Made by a program: the position numbers and the translations under genes. 64,000 bases of DNA from a virus, in IMG/VR virus record IMGVR_UViG_3300033489_000601, positions 1,020 through 65,019 of that record. One strand, 5' to 3'. The notes under the pieces were generated by a model. That model was given only the letters and a program-made list of their open reading frames with translations. It made no database searches and was not told the DNA's origin. Positions 36,915 to 46,649 of the stretch are shown here, piece by piece. Position 1 is the first letter of the stretch. The number at the start of each line of letters is the position of its first letter.

Positions 36915-37384
36915 TTGACCGCTCCTTTATCGATGGGGGCAGCCGCGGGGGGGCCGCTGATCTGCCACTCCGCGACGGGCGGCGCGTCGCCGTCGTGCTC
37001 CTTCGCCCAGGCATCAATGACCTTCGACCGCGCCACGCGGAGCGCGTCCGCGTAGGGCGCGAGCACCTTCAGCCCACCGCGCTTCGCCGTGCTCTCCTCG
37101 ACCGCGAGCAATTCGCCCGTCGCGATCATGCCGCGGTGGTAGTTCGTGTCCTCGATATCGACGGGGCTCAGGTCGAACACCCAGCGCACCTCGACGCGGT
37201 GACCGCGGATATCATTCGCCTGGCGCTTCTCGGTCACCTTGTCGTCGCGCGTCGCGCCGATGTACCGCACGAAGGGCGAGTGCTCCGGGTCGTACTGCAC
37301 CGCGCCGCACGGGTGCCCGTTGTGGTCGAGCGGCGCCGCGAACGGATTCGGGACGACGCGCAGGAATTTCTTTGAAACAAGCAT
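36911..37384 (-). CDS. Hypothetical protein in tail region
   Basis: 157 aa; GTGA/ATGA coupled to the sheath gene. Confidence 0.65.
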   Translation of the reverse strand: MLVSKKFLRVVPNPFAAPLDHNGHPCGAVQYDPEHSPFVRYIGATRDDKVTEKRQANDIRGHRVEVRWVFDLSPVDIEDTNYHRGMIATGELLAVEESTAKRGGLKVLAPYADALRVARSKVIDAWAKEHDGDAPPVAEWQISGPPAAAPIDKGAVK

Positions 37385-37436
37385 GGGTGTCCCTTCGCGG
37401 TTATGGTAGGGTCGCGGGGAAGGAGGTTTCGTTGTT

Positions 37437-37832
37437 ATGAGTACTGATTACCGGCTCTATTGCAGAGACTGCGATGACCAGATGGAGGTGTGGAACATCC
37501 GAGATCCTTCGGTGCTCCGCGACGTTTGGAACAAGCGCGAGGCGATTGCCGCGCTGGACGGACTAACCGACGCGATCGCCACGGAATCAAACCCTAGCGA
37601 TCCGTTGCCCGTGTGGTTCTTCGTCACGCACAAAGGACATAACGTCGTCGTGCGCGATGAATATGGCGCGGACTTTGGCTCATGTGTGAGTCGCGTGAAG
37701 TGCAAGTCCTGCGGCGAAAGAACCAGATGCGGGCTGGCGTATGGCCATGCAGGCGATTGCGCTCCAGTTGCCCCTACTCATTCGGCAGATCCCCCACGCT
37801 CATCGTCTCCCCCTGCTCGTTCGTCACCGTGA
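37437..37832 (+). CDS. Zinc-binding hypothetical protein (antisense insert)
   Basis: TAGGGT and AGGAGGT SD; YCRDCD...CKSCG...C..H...C. Confidence 0.7.
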   Translation: MSTDYRLYCRDCDDQMEVWNIRDPSVLRDVWNKREAIAALDGLTDAIATESNPSDPLPVWFFVTHKGHNVVVRDEYGADFGSCVSRVKCKSCGERTRCGLAYGHAGDCAPVAPTHSADPPRSSSPPARSSP

Positions 37833-38889
37833 TCTGCGCGCCGTATGTCCCGGCGCTGATATCTTCGAGCAGCCCGTCGGCCACCTGCTGCACGAGGTCG
37901 TCATCCGCGATCTCTTCGATAGCGATGGCCATCTCGACCGCGTAGAACGGTCCTTGCCGCTCGCCGGCCTCGTTTTCGATATCGAACTTCTTCGGCTTCG
38001 CGCCCGTCGTCACGGTGAGCCGCGAGAGCCCCGCCGCACGCTTCACGAGCGAGCCGAGCGTGGCCTCCGGGCTCGCTGCATAGCCGATCGATATCGAGCC
38101 CGCCGCGAGCGCCTGCGCAGGGCGCGTGATCGAAGTGATCGCCGTGAAGCGCCAGATGCCCTCGACGGTCTGCCCGCCGTTGGCCGCGGTCAGATATATG
38201 CTCTCGGTGAGCGAGGCGCCGCTGTCGAGCAGCCCCGTCACGAGGATCGGATCCGTCGTGTTGTACGCGCCCGCCGATACCGTCGTCGTGACCGTGGCAT
38301 GCCGCGAGGCGTTCACCGTGCCGCCGCCCGTCACGCCGTTCAGCCCCGCGCCTGACCACGTGACAGGGGCCTGCGTGTTCGTCGTCGCCAGGCGTACCGC
38401 GTCCGCGTCCGCTGTGCTGTCCGCGGCGAGCACCCACGCCGGGTGCCTGCCCGCGTTGCAGGCCCGCGCGAGGGCCTTGCCGACTGCGTTCAGGAAGGGG
38501 GCGCGCTGCCGGTGCACGTCGGGGTCCGGCGCGTGCGGCATCACCCACCACAGGCGCAGCGTCGCGGAGTCGCGACGGAGGTCCTCCGCATACTCGTCGA
38601 AGCCGGGGCCCTCCCCCGAGCGCCACAGGTACAGCGCGGGACAGAGGAACTCTTTGAACTCGACCTCGATCGGGTCGTGCGTGAATACCGCCCGAACGAT
38701 CGGCTGCTCGTCCGTCGCCGGCGCGCGTTCTTCCCACGCGTCGCCCACGTCCGCGATGAGCACCGCGCTGAAGAACGCCGCGAGCGTGTCGAGGCACGGG
38801 TCGCACGCGGCGGCAGGCGTGATGCCTTCGCCGTCGTCGGTCGCGGGGACCGCAGCGGGGAGCGTCAGCGCGCCGAAGGTGTCAGCCAC
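37774..38889 (-). CDS. Tail terminator/neck protein with inserted beta-sandwich domain
   Basis: Position between neck gene and sheath; N-terminal PALYLWR segment, central Thr/Gly-rich insert. Confidence 0.55.
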   Translation of the reverse strand: MADTFGALTLPAAVPATDDGEGITPAAACDPCLDTLAAFFSAVLIADVGDAWEERAPATDEQPIVRAVFTHDPIEVEFKEFLCPALYLWRSGEGPGFDEYAEDLRRDSATLRLWWVMPHAPDPDVHRQRAPFLNAVGKALARACNAGRHPAWVLAADSTADADAVRLATTNTQAPVTWSGAGLNGVTGGGTVNASRHATVTTTVSAGAYNTTDPILVTGLLDSGASLTESIYLTAANGGQTVEGIWRFTAITSITRPAQALAAGSISIGYAASPEATLGSLVKRAAGLSRLTVTTGAKPKKFDIENEAGERQGPFYAVEMAIAIEEIADDDLVQQVADGLLEDISAGTYGAQITVTNEQGETMSVGDLPNE

Positions 38890-39334
38890 CGACGAGCACC
38901 ATCGCGGCCTTCACGCGGCCCTTGCGAATCTCAAGCTCCATCTCCCGCGTTGCGGCGAGGAGCGCATTACCCATGAAGCCCTCGGGCCGCGTGCCGGGGT
39001 GCCTCACGAGCTGCGTCGTGACCCACACGCCATTGACCCGGAAGCGCAGCGCAGGGGCGCGGCGCGGGCGGATCTCGTGCGGGCGCGTGCCGCCGTCGAC
39101 GAAACTCGCATACTTTGCGTTCGCGTAGAACTCCCCCGAACCGCCGCGCTCCGTCTCCTTGACGATGCGCCAGCCAATCGAGCCCTCGAGCTTGCCCGTG
39201 CGATTCTTGAATCGATGGTCGCTGCGCGCGACGTTGGCCCCGGTCATTACCCCCACCACAACGGCGCGCTTCACCGTGTCGACGAGCACGACGTCGGCGC
39301 GGGCGGCGTTGATGAGGAGGTCTTCGGGGGTCAC
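38882..39334 (-). CDS. HK97 gp10-like neck/tail completion protein
   Basis: RTGKLEGSI...KYASFVDGGTRPHEIRPRRAPALRF...V..HPGTRPEGFM. Confidence 0.85.
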   Translation of the reverse strand: MTPEDLLINAARADVVLVDTVKRAVVVGVMTGANVARSDHRFKNRTGKLEGSIGWRIVKETERGGSGEFYANAKYASFVDGGTRPHEIRPRRAPALRFRVNGVWVTTQLVRHPGTRPEGFMGNALLAATREMELEIRKGRVKAAMVLVGG

Positions 39335-39549
39335 AGCTTCACCTCAGCGCGACCGTGCGCGAGGCCTTTCTCGTACCAAGCCCGCTGATCGGCGCTTACT
39401 TCGCCGCCGCACGCCTTGCATTTAAAGCGCTTCATCAGCGGCTTATCGGGCGTGATGTCCTCGAAGGCATGAGGGCCATCGCAGGCATCAAGCGTCTTGC
39501 CGTTCGCCTTCGCCTGATTCCAGATCTCGCGAACTTCTTCGGGGGTCAT
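39331..39549 (-). CDS. Small Zn-binding hypothetical protein
   Basis: LDACDGPHAF...FKCKACGG..WYEKGLAHG. Confidence 0.65.
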   Translation of the reverse strand: MTPEEVREIWNQAKANGKTLDACDGPHAFEDITPDKPLMKRFKCKACGGEVSADQRAWYEKGLAHGRAEVKL

Positions 39550-39640
39550 ACCGTAAACGCCCACGCACACAGCGCGGCAATCATGCCCACGATAGCGAGC
39601 GCGGAGAGCAGCGCGCAGCCGGCGGCGTAGCGATCGTTCA

Positions 39641-40102
39641 TCAATACACCCCCGTGTTGCCGAAGCCCCACATCTGATAGATGCCCTGGTCCACGAGCGC
39701 GTCAGGCACGCCGGGATCGATCGTGCCGCCGACGTTCGCGGGTACGTTCGTGCCGCCCGCGTCCGCGCGTCGGGTCGCGAGGCGCACCTCCATGCATTCC
39801 TTCGCGAGGCGCTCCCACGTCTTCGCCGTCACCTGCTTGGTGAACGACGGCCAGCGCTCGCGCAGATAGGCGACCGCAGCGTCGAGGCACAGACGCTTCA
39901 CCGCGTCAGGCGCGTCAGCGCGCACATCCTCGATAACATAGACCGGGGCCACGAACTCCTCGACGTAGCTCTCCGCGTCCTGGATCAACTGCGCAATGGC
40001 CGCGGCGTTCGCCGTGCCCGCGCGATCGTCGTCGTAGACCTGGCGGAGAACGCGGGCGGACATGCGCGCTTCGATGTCCGCCTGCGTGATGTAGTAGGCC
40101 AT
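39641..40102 (-). CDS. Head-tail adaptor, Mu gp36/DUF1320-like
   Basis: YITQADIEARM....L.Q..DDD..G..N..AIAQ.I.DA...V...V...Y; follows the capsid gene. Confidence 0.85.
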   Translation of the reverse strand: MAYYITQADIEARMSARVLRQVYDDDRAGTANAAAIAQLIQDAESYVEEFVAPVYVIEDVRADAPDAVKRLCLDAAVAYLRERWPSFTKQVTAKTWERLAKECMEVRLATRRADAGGTNVPANVGGTIDPGVPDALVDQGIYQMWGFGNTGVY

Positions 40103-40142
40103 GGGGTCGGCTTATGGGTAGGAGCGCGCTGTGAGGAGACGA

Positions 40143-41246
40143 TCAGCCCATCGGGGTCGTGATCAGATAGCCCGTGTCGGAGGCGACGATCTTGTGGTCT
40201 TCCTTCGTCGTCACGCGGCAGTAGTACCCGCCCTCCGTGCCGAGGGTGTTATCGAACCACACGTCGTTCCTGCGCTGCCCGCCCATCACGAACGTGTACC
40301 CGAAGGCCGCGTTGCGGATACCAGGCGACGTCGCGACGCGGACCATGCCGAAGGAGTTCGGCCAGATGCGCGAATAGCTCGCCGTCTGCCCCGCGTTCGC
40401 CGTGTCCTTGCGGCCCGCCCCGACGAGGATGTCTGCGAGCCCGAAATACCCCGCGACCTGCTTCGGCATCGCAAGCCCGCCAGCCGTGTATTTGAACAAG
40501 TCGAGGATCGCCGGGTTGCGCGAGATGACGTTCCACAGGTCAATCGAGCAGAAGCCATATACCGAGCCCGCGCCACGCCCGCTCCACAGCGCAGCCTTCG
40601 CCGCCTGCATGTCGGCAATGATCGTGCCGCCGCTCGCTGTGTTCCAGCGATTGGCCGCCGCGATAGCCGCGGTATTCGACCCATAGTTGCCCGACGTGGT
40701 GAGGGCGGTCGCGAGGCGGATCTCCTGCTTGAGATCCATCACGTCGGTCACCGCCTCGACGACATCGACCATCTCGTTCAGCGGCGCGTCCTGGTTGGCC
40801 AGGGTGAGCGCGTCCACGTAGTCCTTCAGACCACGCGAGACACACGAATAGGTAGCCGTCGAGCGGGTCTCGTTGATCTCGTTCGCCGAACCGCGAGCGC
40901 CGAGCTCGTCGTCGGGCCCCGCGAGGCGACCGCGCTTGTCGTAGATGTAATAGATGTCCGACAGCTTCGCGGCACTCACCATCGGCATCAGCCGGAGGCC
41001 GATATACTCGTCGTTCTTGTACTGCACCGACACGCTCGAGAGCGTGCTGTTCTGGTGCACCGTGCCGGGCGAAATCGCCCTGATCCTGGCCAGATCGGCA
41101 TTCACCGCGCGAACCTTCGGGTCCTTGTTCGCGCGCGCGATCGCGCCGAGGCGCTTGCGCTTGGCCTCGTACGCGAGGCCTTCGGGCGTACGCTGATACC
41201 CGACGATATCGCTCATCGTCAGCATTTGATAGTTGCTCATGTTCAT
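40143..41246 (-). CDS. Major capsid protein
   Basis: 367 aa after protease and cement genes; Mu-like/HK97-fold features (TLSSVSVQYKN..YIG..LMP.V). Confidence 0.88.
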   Translation of the reverse strand: MNMSNYQMLTMSDIVGYQRTPEGLAYEAKRKRLGAIARANKDPKVRAVNADLARIRAISPGTVHQNSTLSSVSVQYKNDEYIGLRLMPMVSAAKLSDIYYIYDKRGRLAGPDDELGARGSANEINETRSTATYSCVSRGLKDYVDALTLANQDAPLNEMVDVVEAVTDVMDLKQEIRLATALTTSGNYGSNTAAIAAANRWNTASGGTIIADMQAAKAALWSGRGAGSVYGFCSIDLWNVISRNPAILDLFKYTAGGLAMPKQVAGYFGLADILVGAGRKDTANAGQTASYSRIWPNSFGMVRVATSPGIRNAAFGYTFVMGGQRRNDVWFDNTLGTEGGYYCRVTTKEDHKIVASDTGYLITTPMG

Positions 41247-41252
41247 AACCCT

Positions 41253-41657
41253 TCAGGCGCTCACGCTGGCGAACGCGATGATCTGCATTGCGATCTGGTC
41301 AGCGGCGACGCCCGTCTGGAGCGCCTTGCCGACGACGTTCTTCAGCGTGGTTCCGCCGCCCAGCGTGCCGACGCTCGTCACGCCGTCGCTCACGGTCTTG
41401 AGGTAATCGCCCGCCGTCGCGCCGCCCGTGCCGACGACGACCATCACCGGCGCGCTGCTCGTTATGAGCACGCACTGCACCGGGGCCCCGGTGACCGCGG
41501 TCTCCAGAAACACGACGTCGGCCGCCTCGTTCGCCCCGCAATTGGTGACGACGTTCTCGGCGGAGAACTTGCCGCAGTAACCATTGGTTGCCGCGGTGCC
41601 GACCGTGTACGTCTTGATGATCGCACGGGCGAGATCCACATTCGCTCGAGTCGCCAT
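41253..41657 (-). CDS. Capsid cement/decoration protein (DUF2190-like)
   Basis: 134 aa Ala/Gly/Thr-rich, VGKALQTGVAADQI; between protease and capsid genes. Confidence 0.75.
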   Translation of the reverse strand: MATRANVDLARAIIKTYTVGTAATNGYCGKFSAENVVTNCGANEAADVVFLETAVTGAPVQCVLITSSAPVMVVVGTGGATAGDYLKTVSDGVTSVGTLGGGTTLKNVVGKALQTGVAADQIAMQIIAFASVSA

Positions 41658-41660
41658 GGC

Positions 41661-42713
41661 TCAGCCCTGCCCTTTCATCGCGTCGTCCATGAGGTCGACC
41701 GAGGCGCCGACGCCCCCGCCCTCCTCGCGCTCCGCCCCGCCCGCCGGGCTATCTGGCAGCGCCTTCGCGCCGACGATCGCCGCGCCGCGGATCTCGCGCT
41801 TGTTCGCGAGCCGGACGAAGAGGTCGAAGTTGTTCGCCGCGAGCTCGACCTGATCGGGGATCTCGTCCTTCGCGAATCGCCCCGCCTCGACGCCGCGCTC
41901 GACCGCAAACGTCAGCGCCTTCGCGAGCAGCGCCTTCGTGTCCGTGTGCGCCTTCTCGGCCGTCGCAGCCTTCGCCTCGGCCGCCTTGAGGTTCTTCTCC
42001 GCCACCTCGCGCGCGCTGTTCGCGGCGTCGAGCGCGGCCTTATCCTTCGGATCCATATCGTTCTCCGTTGCTATGCCGCGCTCGGCGGCGGGTGATTCAT
42101 TCGACCGGCGCGCGAGGGAGCGCACGCGGGCGTGCGCCTTCGCGAGCGCCTCGGGGTTCGCGCCAATGGGAGTGCACGAGCATTCAATCAGCTCGTTGTT
42201 CGCCAGGACGTACACGTCCTTTCCGTCGCGCATCTCGTGCCGGATATCGCGCGGGTAGAACCCCACGCTGACAGCCTTCATCGAGCCCTGCTTGTACGAC
42301 TCGAATACGAGCGGCGCCTTCGGGTTGGCCTTCTCGTCGACGAAGTTAATCGTCATTTCGAGGTTGCCGCCGTTCATGCCGACGTCGGTCGCATACCCGA
42401 GCGGTAGCTCTCGCGATTGATGCGCCCACAGGATCACGGGGTTCCTGTTGAACCGCTCGAGGATCCAGGACTGCTCGACTATTTCGTCGTAGGAGTCGAC
42501 CGCGGGCGTTGACGCGACGACGCGGATTGAGCGCTTGCCGCCCTCGTCCGACATTGCTCGCACGTGGAACTCCCGCAGACACATATCGCCCGCGTCGCTC
42601 TCGTCGGCCCGTCCGTCACGATGCTCGGCGGCGCCACTCGCGGATCCGGCTGCGTCTTTCGCATGGAGCTCTCCTGTCCCGCCGAGGGGCAGGCCGTTCG
42701 TTTCAATGGTCAT
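41661..42713 (-). CDS. HK97-type prohead protease fused to scaffold
   Basis: VASTPAVDSYDEIV, RNPVILWAH....PLG, MKAVSVGF, NELIECSCTPIGANPEAL, then coiled-coil scaffold. Confidence 0.92.
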   Translation of the reverse strand: MTIETNGLPLGGTGELHAKDAAGSASGAAEHRDGRADESDAGDMCLREFHVRAMSDEGGKRSIRVVASTPAVDSYDEIVEQSWILERFNRNPVILWAHQSRELPLGYATDVGMNGGNLEMTINFVDEKANPKAPLVFESYKQGSMKAVSVGFYPRDIRHEMRDGKDVYVLANNELIECSCTPIGANPEALAKAHARVRSLARRSNESPAAERGIATENDMDPKDKAALDAANSAREVAEKNLKAAEAKAATAEKAHTDTKALLAKALTFAVERGVEAGRFAKDEIPDQVELAANNFDLFVRLANKREIRGAAIVGAKALPDSPAGGAEREEGGGVGASVDLMDDAMKGQG

Positions 42714-42719
42714 GTCGAG

Positions 42720-44120
42720 CTACGCCGCTTCCGCGGGCTCCTCTTCGTCGTCGTCAGCGGGAGGCGCGGCCGAATCCTCTTCGAGGTCGACGTCCACTTC
42801 GTCCGGGTCCGTCCACCCCACGAGCAGCGGCTCGTCCTCGATGGGCTCCGGTATCCCCATCTGATCCTGCGCCCACGAAACAGGCACCGGCATCAGCTTC
42901 GCCATCTTCTCGCAGACCTCTGCGAGGAGCTTGAGATCTGGCGCGTCCTCGGTGAGGAAGCGGAAGAGCGGTACCTTCGTGCCCGCGCTGAAGTTGTAGC
43001 GAATGAGCGGCGCGAGAATGTCACGGCGTATCGTCGCTGCGAGCGCGCGGGCGTCAGATTCGCGGATGTCCTTCCGGACGTCGTTGTGCACGTTGCCGAG
43101 CGCCTGGCTCCCGACCTTGCCCTGCTCCGTTGTCAGCGTTTGACCGAGCGTGGCCTTCGACATCTCCGCGGCGAGGAATGCAATCAGATCGCCGTGGTTC
43201 GACCCGTTGCCCTGCTTCGCGTCGGGCCAGTGGATATCGAGCTTCGTCGTTTCGGGATAGACCGCCACGCCGCTCGATGACATCTGCCGCAGGATCGCGA
43301 CGAGGTTATCAATGTCCTTCTGGTCCGCGGTCTTGAGGTACGAACCAGTTCGCCACGGCTTCCATGCAAGCTCTGCCAGCGCAAGCCAATCGCGGACAGC
43401 CCAATTCCTCATGAGCGCGAGCCACATCAGCACGCGGCCGAGCCCCTCGCGACACGGCACGTCGCCGTTGATGCGCGGCTGATGGATGACGAACTGCCCC
43501 GCGGGAAAGCTATCCATCGCAATGCCGGGGTAGCCGCCCGACTGCTGCGCGCCGGGGATCTGCACCGGCCCCGTCGCGTCCCACCAGTGCAGGCATTGCG
43601 ACGTTTGCTCGAAGGCAAAGCGCCGCGCCGGCTGCATGCGGTAGCACACCGGAATCACGTCACCATCGACGCGCTGCCAGTCGCCCTCGGCCACCGCATA
43701 CGCGTGATAGACAGCGCCCTGCATGTGCGCGAAGAGCGTCGGCAAGTCGTCCATGGCGCGGAACACCTCGCCGCAGAACGCCGCCGCTCGCTTGTCACGC
43801 GCGCCCCCGCCGTCGGGCGCGACGACCTCCCACGGCAGCCCCGACACGGCGAGCTCGCGCGTCGCAAGAATGCACTGGAGGTGCCCGTCTTTTTGCCGCG
43901 CCTCATTCTCGAGGTCGACGAGCCGCCACATGTAGCCGAGGTCGGCCTCGCTCAGAATCGCCGTCAGTGTCTGCGGCGTGAGACTGCCGCCAATGCGCTG
44001 GAGCTGCGTGCCGAGCGGCAGCGGCTCGATAACCGGGCCCGCGACAGGCTTGCCGCGCGCGGCTTTCTCCACGCGCGGCACAAGCACCATGCGCGCGGCT
44101 ATCCCTTCGAACGCTCCCAT
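42720..44120 (-). CDS. Portal protein (DUF935 / Mu gp29-like)
   Basis: KDGHLQCILATRELAVSGLPWEV, PCREGLGRVL.W....RNW..RDW..LAE....P, MSKATLGQTLTTE.G..GSQALGNVHNDVR.DI.ESDAR. Confidence 0.93.
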   Translation of the reverse strand: MGAFEGIAARMVLVPRVEKAARGKPVAGPVIEPLPLGTQLQRIGGSLTPQTLTAILSEADLGYMWRLVDLENEARQKDGHLQCILATRELAVSGLPWEVVAPDGGGARDKRAAAFCGEVFRAMDDLPTLFAHMQGAVYHAYAVAEGDWQRVDGDVIPVCYRMQPARRFAFEQTSQCLHWWDATGPVQIPGAQQSGGYPGIAMDSFPAGQFVIHQPRINGDVPCREGLGRVLMWLALMRNWAVRDWLALAELAWKPWRTGSYLKTADQKDIDNLVAILRQMSSSGVAVYPETTKLDIHWPDAKQGNGSNHGDLIAFLAAEMSKATLGQTLTTEQGKVGSQALGNVHNDVRKDIRESDARALAATIRRDILAPLIRYNFSAGTKVPLFRFLTEDAPDLKLLAEVCEKMAKLMPVPVSWAQDQMGIPEPIEDEPLLVGWTDPDEVDVDLEEDSAAPPADDDEEEPAEAA

Positions 44121-44221
44121 TGATCAGGCGCGCGGCTGCGCTGTGGTGTCCATCTCGCGCGCGGGCGCGGAGACACGAGCCACGGCGAGCGAGGCGATGA
44201 GTATGACGATCAGCATGAAGA

Positions 44222-44677
44222 TCAGCCGCCGTGATGCGGGGCGGAGCGTGGGCGCCCAGGGATCGCGAGGATGCGCATCGCCGTCGTCGAGCCGCTATTC
44301 GTCACAGCGGTCCGCCGCAGATACACGAGCCGGCCAAAGACGAAGATCTCGACCATCGTCAGCGCCGCGAGTGCGCCCGTGCTCTGTATCGCGGCAGCGG
44401 CCGCGGTCACACCAGGAGGTGAACCGACGAGCAGCCGTGTCCAGCGTGCCTGGTCCGCCGCGTCGCCGTCGCGGAAGAGCGGCTCGATCGTGCATGTTGG
44501 CGAGGAGCCGCCATCGATCTCGACGCCGACGAAGATCGAATCGAAGCCGCGGCAGTCGAGAGCGCTCGCGGGCGGGAAATTTGCGTCGCTGAGCGTCGCG
44601 CTGTCCGCGGCGATGACGCCCGCGATCTCGCGAACGTTCGCGACCTGCGTTGTGGAGAGTCCTCCAGGGCGGGCCAT
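44222..44677 (-). CDS. Putative virion structural protein
   Basis: 151 aa beta-rich, coupled to the upstream fibre gene. Confidence 0.55.
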   Translation of the reverse strand: MARPGGLSTTQVANVREIAGVIAADSATLSDANFPPASALDCRGFDSIFVGVEIDGGSSPTCTIEPLFRDGDAADQARWTRLLVGSPPGVTAAAAAIQSTGALAALTMVEIFVFGRLVYLRRTAVTNSGSTTAMRILAIPGRPRSAPHHGG

Positions 44678-46023
44678 CAGTTATAGACCGCCCAATCGAT
44701 CGTGCTGGTCTCGTTCGCGTCGCTGTCGACGTCGAATTCGCCGGAGCCCGCGCCAGACGTGCGAGCCGCGACCGGCGCAGCAAGGAACCCGCGCGTGCCG
44801 CCCGCGGTGTTGACCGAATAAGCGACATGGCTCTTCGTCGTGCTGAGAAGCCAAACACCCGCCACATTGACGGTGCCCGGCGCGCCCGCCATCGCCGAGG
44901 TGGTGCCGCTCTGCTTGCGCGGGTAGAACGCGGGATCCGTGGTCGCGACCGTGATCGCACCGGCCTCCGTCGCAAACCACACGCTGTTCGACCATAGAGT
45001 CCCGCTCGTCGCGTGCAGCTCGGAGCCCGCGGGGAGCACCGCAGCGGCAGCCCAATCCGCCGCGCGCGTCAACGGAGCGACGCCCGTATCGACCACGCCG
45101 ACGATGTAGATTCCGCTCTGCGCCGGAGTGCTTTGCCCCACGAGCCCGACGCGCTCGCCCTCGGCGTAGGTGAGCCCGTCATTGCCCGCGACGGTGAACA
45201 CACCGAGGTCGGCCACGTTCGCCGTCACGATGCCGCGGACGTCATGTCCGAGCCCTGCTCGCCTACCCTCCACGAGCACCTGATGCGCGGCGCTCATTGA
45301 GCCAGCGAGGCTCGCCGTCGCAGCCGCCATGTTCGCGCCGGGGAGCGCGCCTGTGACCGCGGACGCGTTGGCGAGGTCGAGCGCCCCGAAAGCCACCGTC
45401 GCGGCGCCCGTCGCGCGAGGGACCTGGCCCGTCGTGAGGCCAGAGATCGCTGGATACAGATCGAGCTTCGTCTTGTCCTCCCCCGTCATGAAGCCGCTCG
45501 CCCCTGCCGCGATAACCGCCGCATGGTCCGTGCCCGCCGTCTGCGCGCCGTGCACGTGCACATGGTCGACGCGCGCGCTCTTGTCGGTCGTGCCGACAGC
45601 GTTCGCCGCAGCGACACCCGCCGCAGCCATCTCGCCGACGAGCCCAAACGTCACAGCCACGCTGTCGGCGGCCACCGTGATGCCAGCGCCTGCGCCGACG
45701 GCGAGCGTGCGATCAGCGGAGAGATCGCCGCCGCCCGTAAGGCCGTTGCCCGACGTGACGAGCCGCGCCGCCGGCACATCGCCGAGCGGGTTGTCGATCA
45801 GGAAACGCCCAACGGCGTCGCTTGGCTCGACCACGCTGCCAGCGCTCGCAGCCGCAGCGCTATCCTTGTCGTAGTACCACTGCGCCGCTCCGACGCGGAT
45901 CGTCGACAGGTGCGCGCAGTCCGTCGACGAGATCAACGCGAGCGCGGTCTCGTCAGCCACGGCCGCGAGGATGCGCTTCGATACCTCGCGGCCGGCGGTT
46001 TCGCCGTGTCGTAGAACGGTCAT
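44677..46023 (-). CDS. Fibre-like virion protein (head/tail fibre)
   Basis: Ala/Gly/Thr-rich; SARVDHVHVH repeat motif shared with the 15033 gene; GERV.LVGQSTPAQSGIYIV...LTRAADW fibre domain. Confidence 0.7.
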   Translation of the reverse strand: MTVLRHGETAGREVSKRILAAVADETALALISSTDCAHLSTIRVGAAQWYYDKDSAAAASAGSVVEPSDAVGRFLIDNPLGDVPAARLVTSGNGLTGGGDLSADRTLAVGAGAGITVAADSVAVTFGLVGEMAAAGVAAANAVGTTDKSARVDHVHVHGAQTAGTDHAAVIAAGASGFMTGEDKTKLDLYPAISGLTTGQVPRATGAATVAFGALDLANASAVTGALPGANMAAATASLAGSMSAAHQVLVEGRRAGLGHDVRGIVTANVADLGVFTVAGNDGLTYAEGERVGLVGQSTPAQSGIYIVGVVDTGVAPLTRAADWAAAAVLPAGSELHATSGTLWSNSVWFATEAGAITVATTDPAFYPRKQSGTTSAMAGAPGTVNVAGVWLLSTTKSHVAYSVNTAGGTRGFLAAPVAARTSGAGSGEFDVDSDANETSTIDWAVYN

Positions 46024-46247
46024 CGCTTGCTCCTGCGTGTGAGAAGAGAAAGCCCCCGCGCGCTGGGGAGGGAGGAGAGGGACTTCGCCGAGGAGGACGA
46101 GCCCACTTCTGTACGCGCGGAGGCGGTGACGCCGCGGCGGTCAAGCGCGCGGAATCGTGCGACCGGCCGCGCCTTTGGGGCGCACGCGATCGTGGAGTGA
46201 GAATGACGAAGAACGAAGCGCGGGGCTACGCGCGCGTGCGAAAAACG

Positions 46248-46532
46248 TCAGCCGCGGATCCGCTTGGTTTTGGCTTGTTTTGCACGTCGAACGTAACGGG
46301 ACGAACGGCGACGAAAGCCAACCGGCTCGACGCCGACAGGATGGATCTGGTCGCGCTTCCAGCGATCGAGCTCGGAGCGCTTCGCCACCACGCGGTTTGT
46401 TATCCGCGAGATGAACACCGGCATTCTCGACTCGACGCCGTACCGCGCGCGCTTTCTCGCTGTCGGCTCGCTGACCTCGACGTGCGCGCAGATCTGCTTC
46501 CAGCCGTGTAACGTCTCTTCAGGCTCGCTCAT
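46248..46532 (-). CDS. Small HTH DNA-binding protein (Xis/MerR-like)
   Basis: LHGWKQICAHVEVSEPTARK......MPV...RVVAKRSELDRW; basic tail. Confidence 0.7.
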   Translation of the reverse strand: MSEPEETLHGWKQICAHVEVSEPTARKRARYGVESRMPVFISRITNRVVAKRSELDRWKRDQIHPVGVEPVGFRRRSSRYVRRAKQAKTKRIRG

Positions 46533-46636
46533 CCGCGCCTCCTCTCAGCGAAGATCCAGACGGGCCCCCACAGGATGCTCAACGCGATCAGCACCCACCA
46601 CGGATGAGCCTCCACGAAAGCTATCAGCGTCGCCAT
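46529..46636 (-). CDS. Small membrane peptide (35 aa)
   Basis: GGAGGT SD; MATLIAFVEAHPWWVLIALSILWGPVWIFAERRRG. Confidence 0.55.
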   Translation of the reverse strand: MATLIAFVEAHPWWVLIALSILWGPVWIFAERRRG

Positions 46637-46649
46637 AGCCCTACCTCCT

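Noticed and set aside
40131-42095. 654-aa plus-strand ORF
   Set aside because: Antisense shadow of the capsid, cement and protease genes; Arg/Ala-rich, as expected from GC3 bias on the other strand.
23285-44120. Mu-like transposable phage
   Set aside because: Virion genes are Mu-like, but no DDE transposase or MuB is seen; the phage has int/attP and a primase-helicase.
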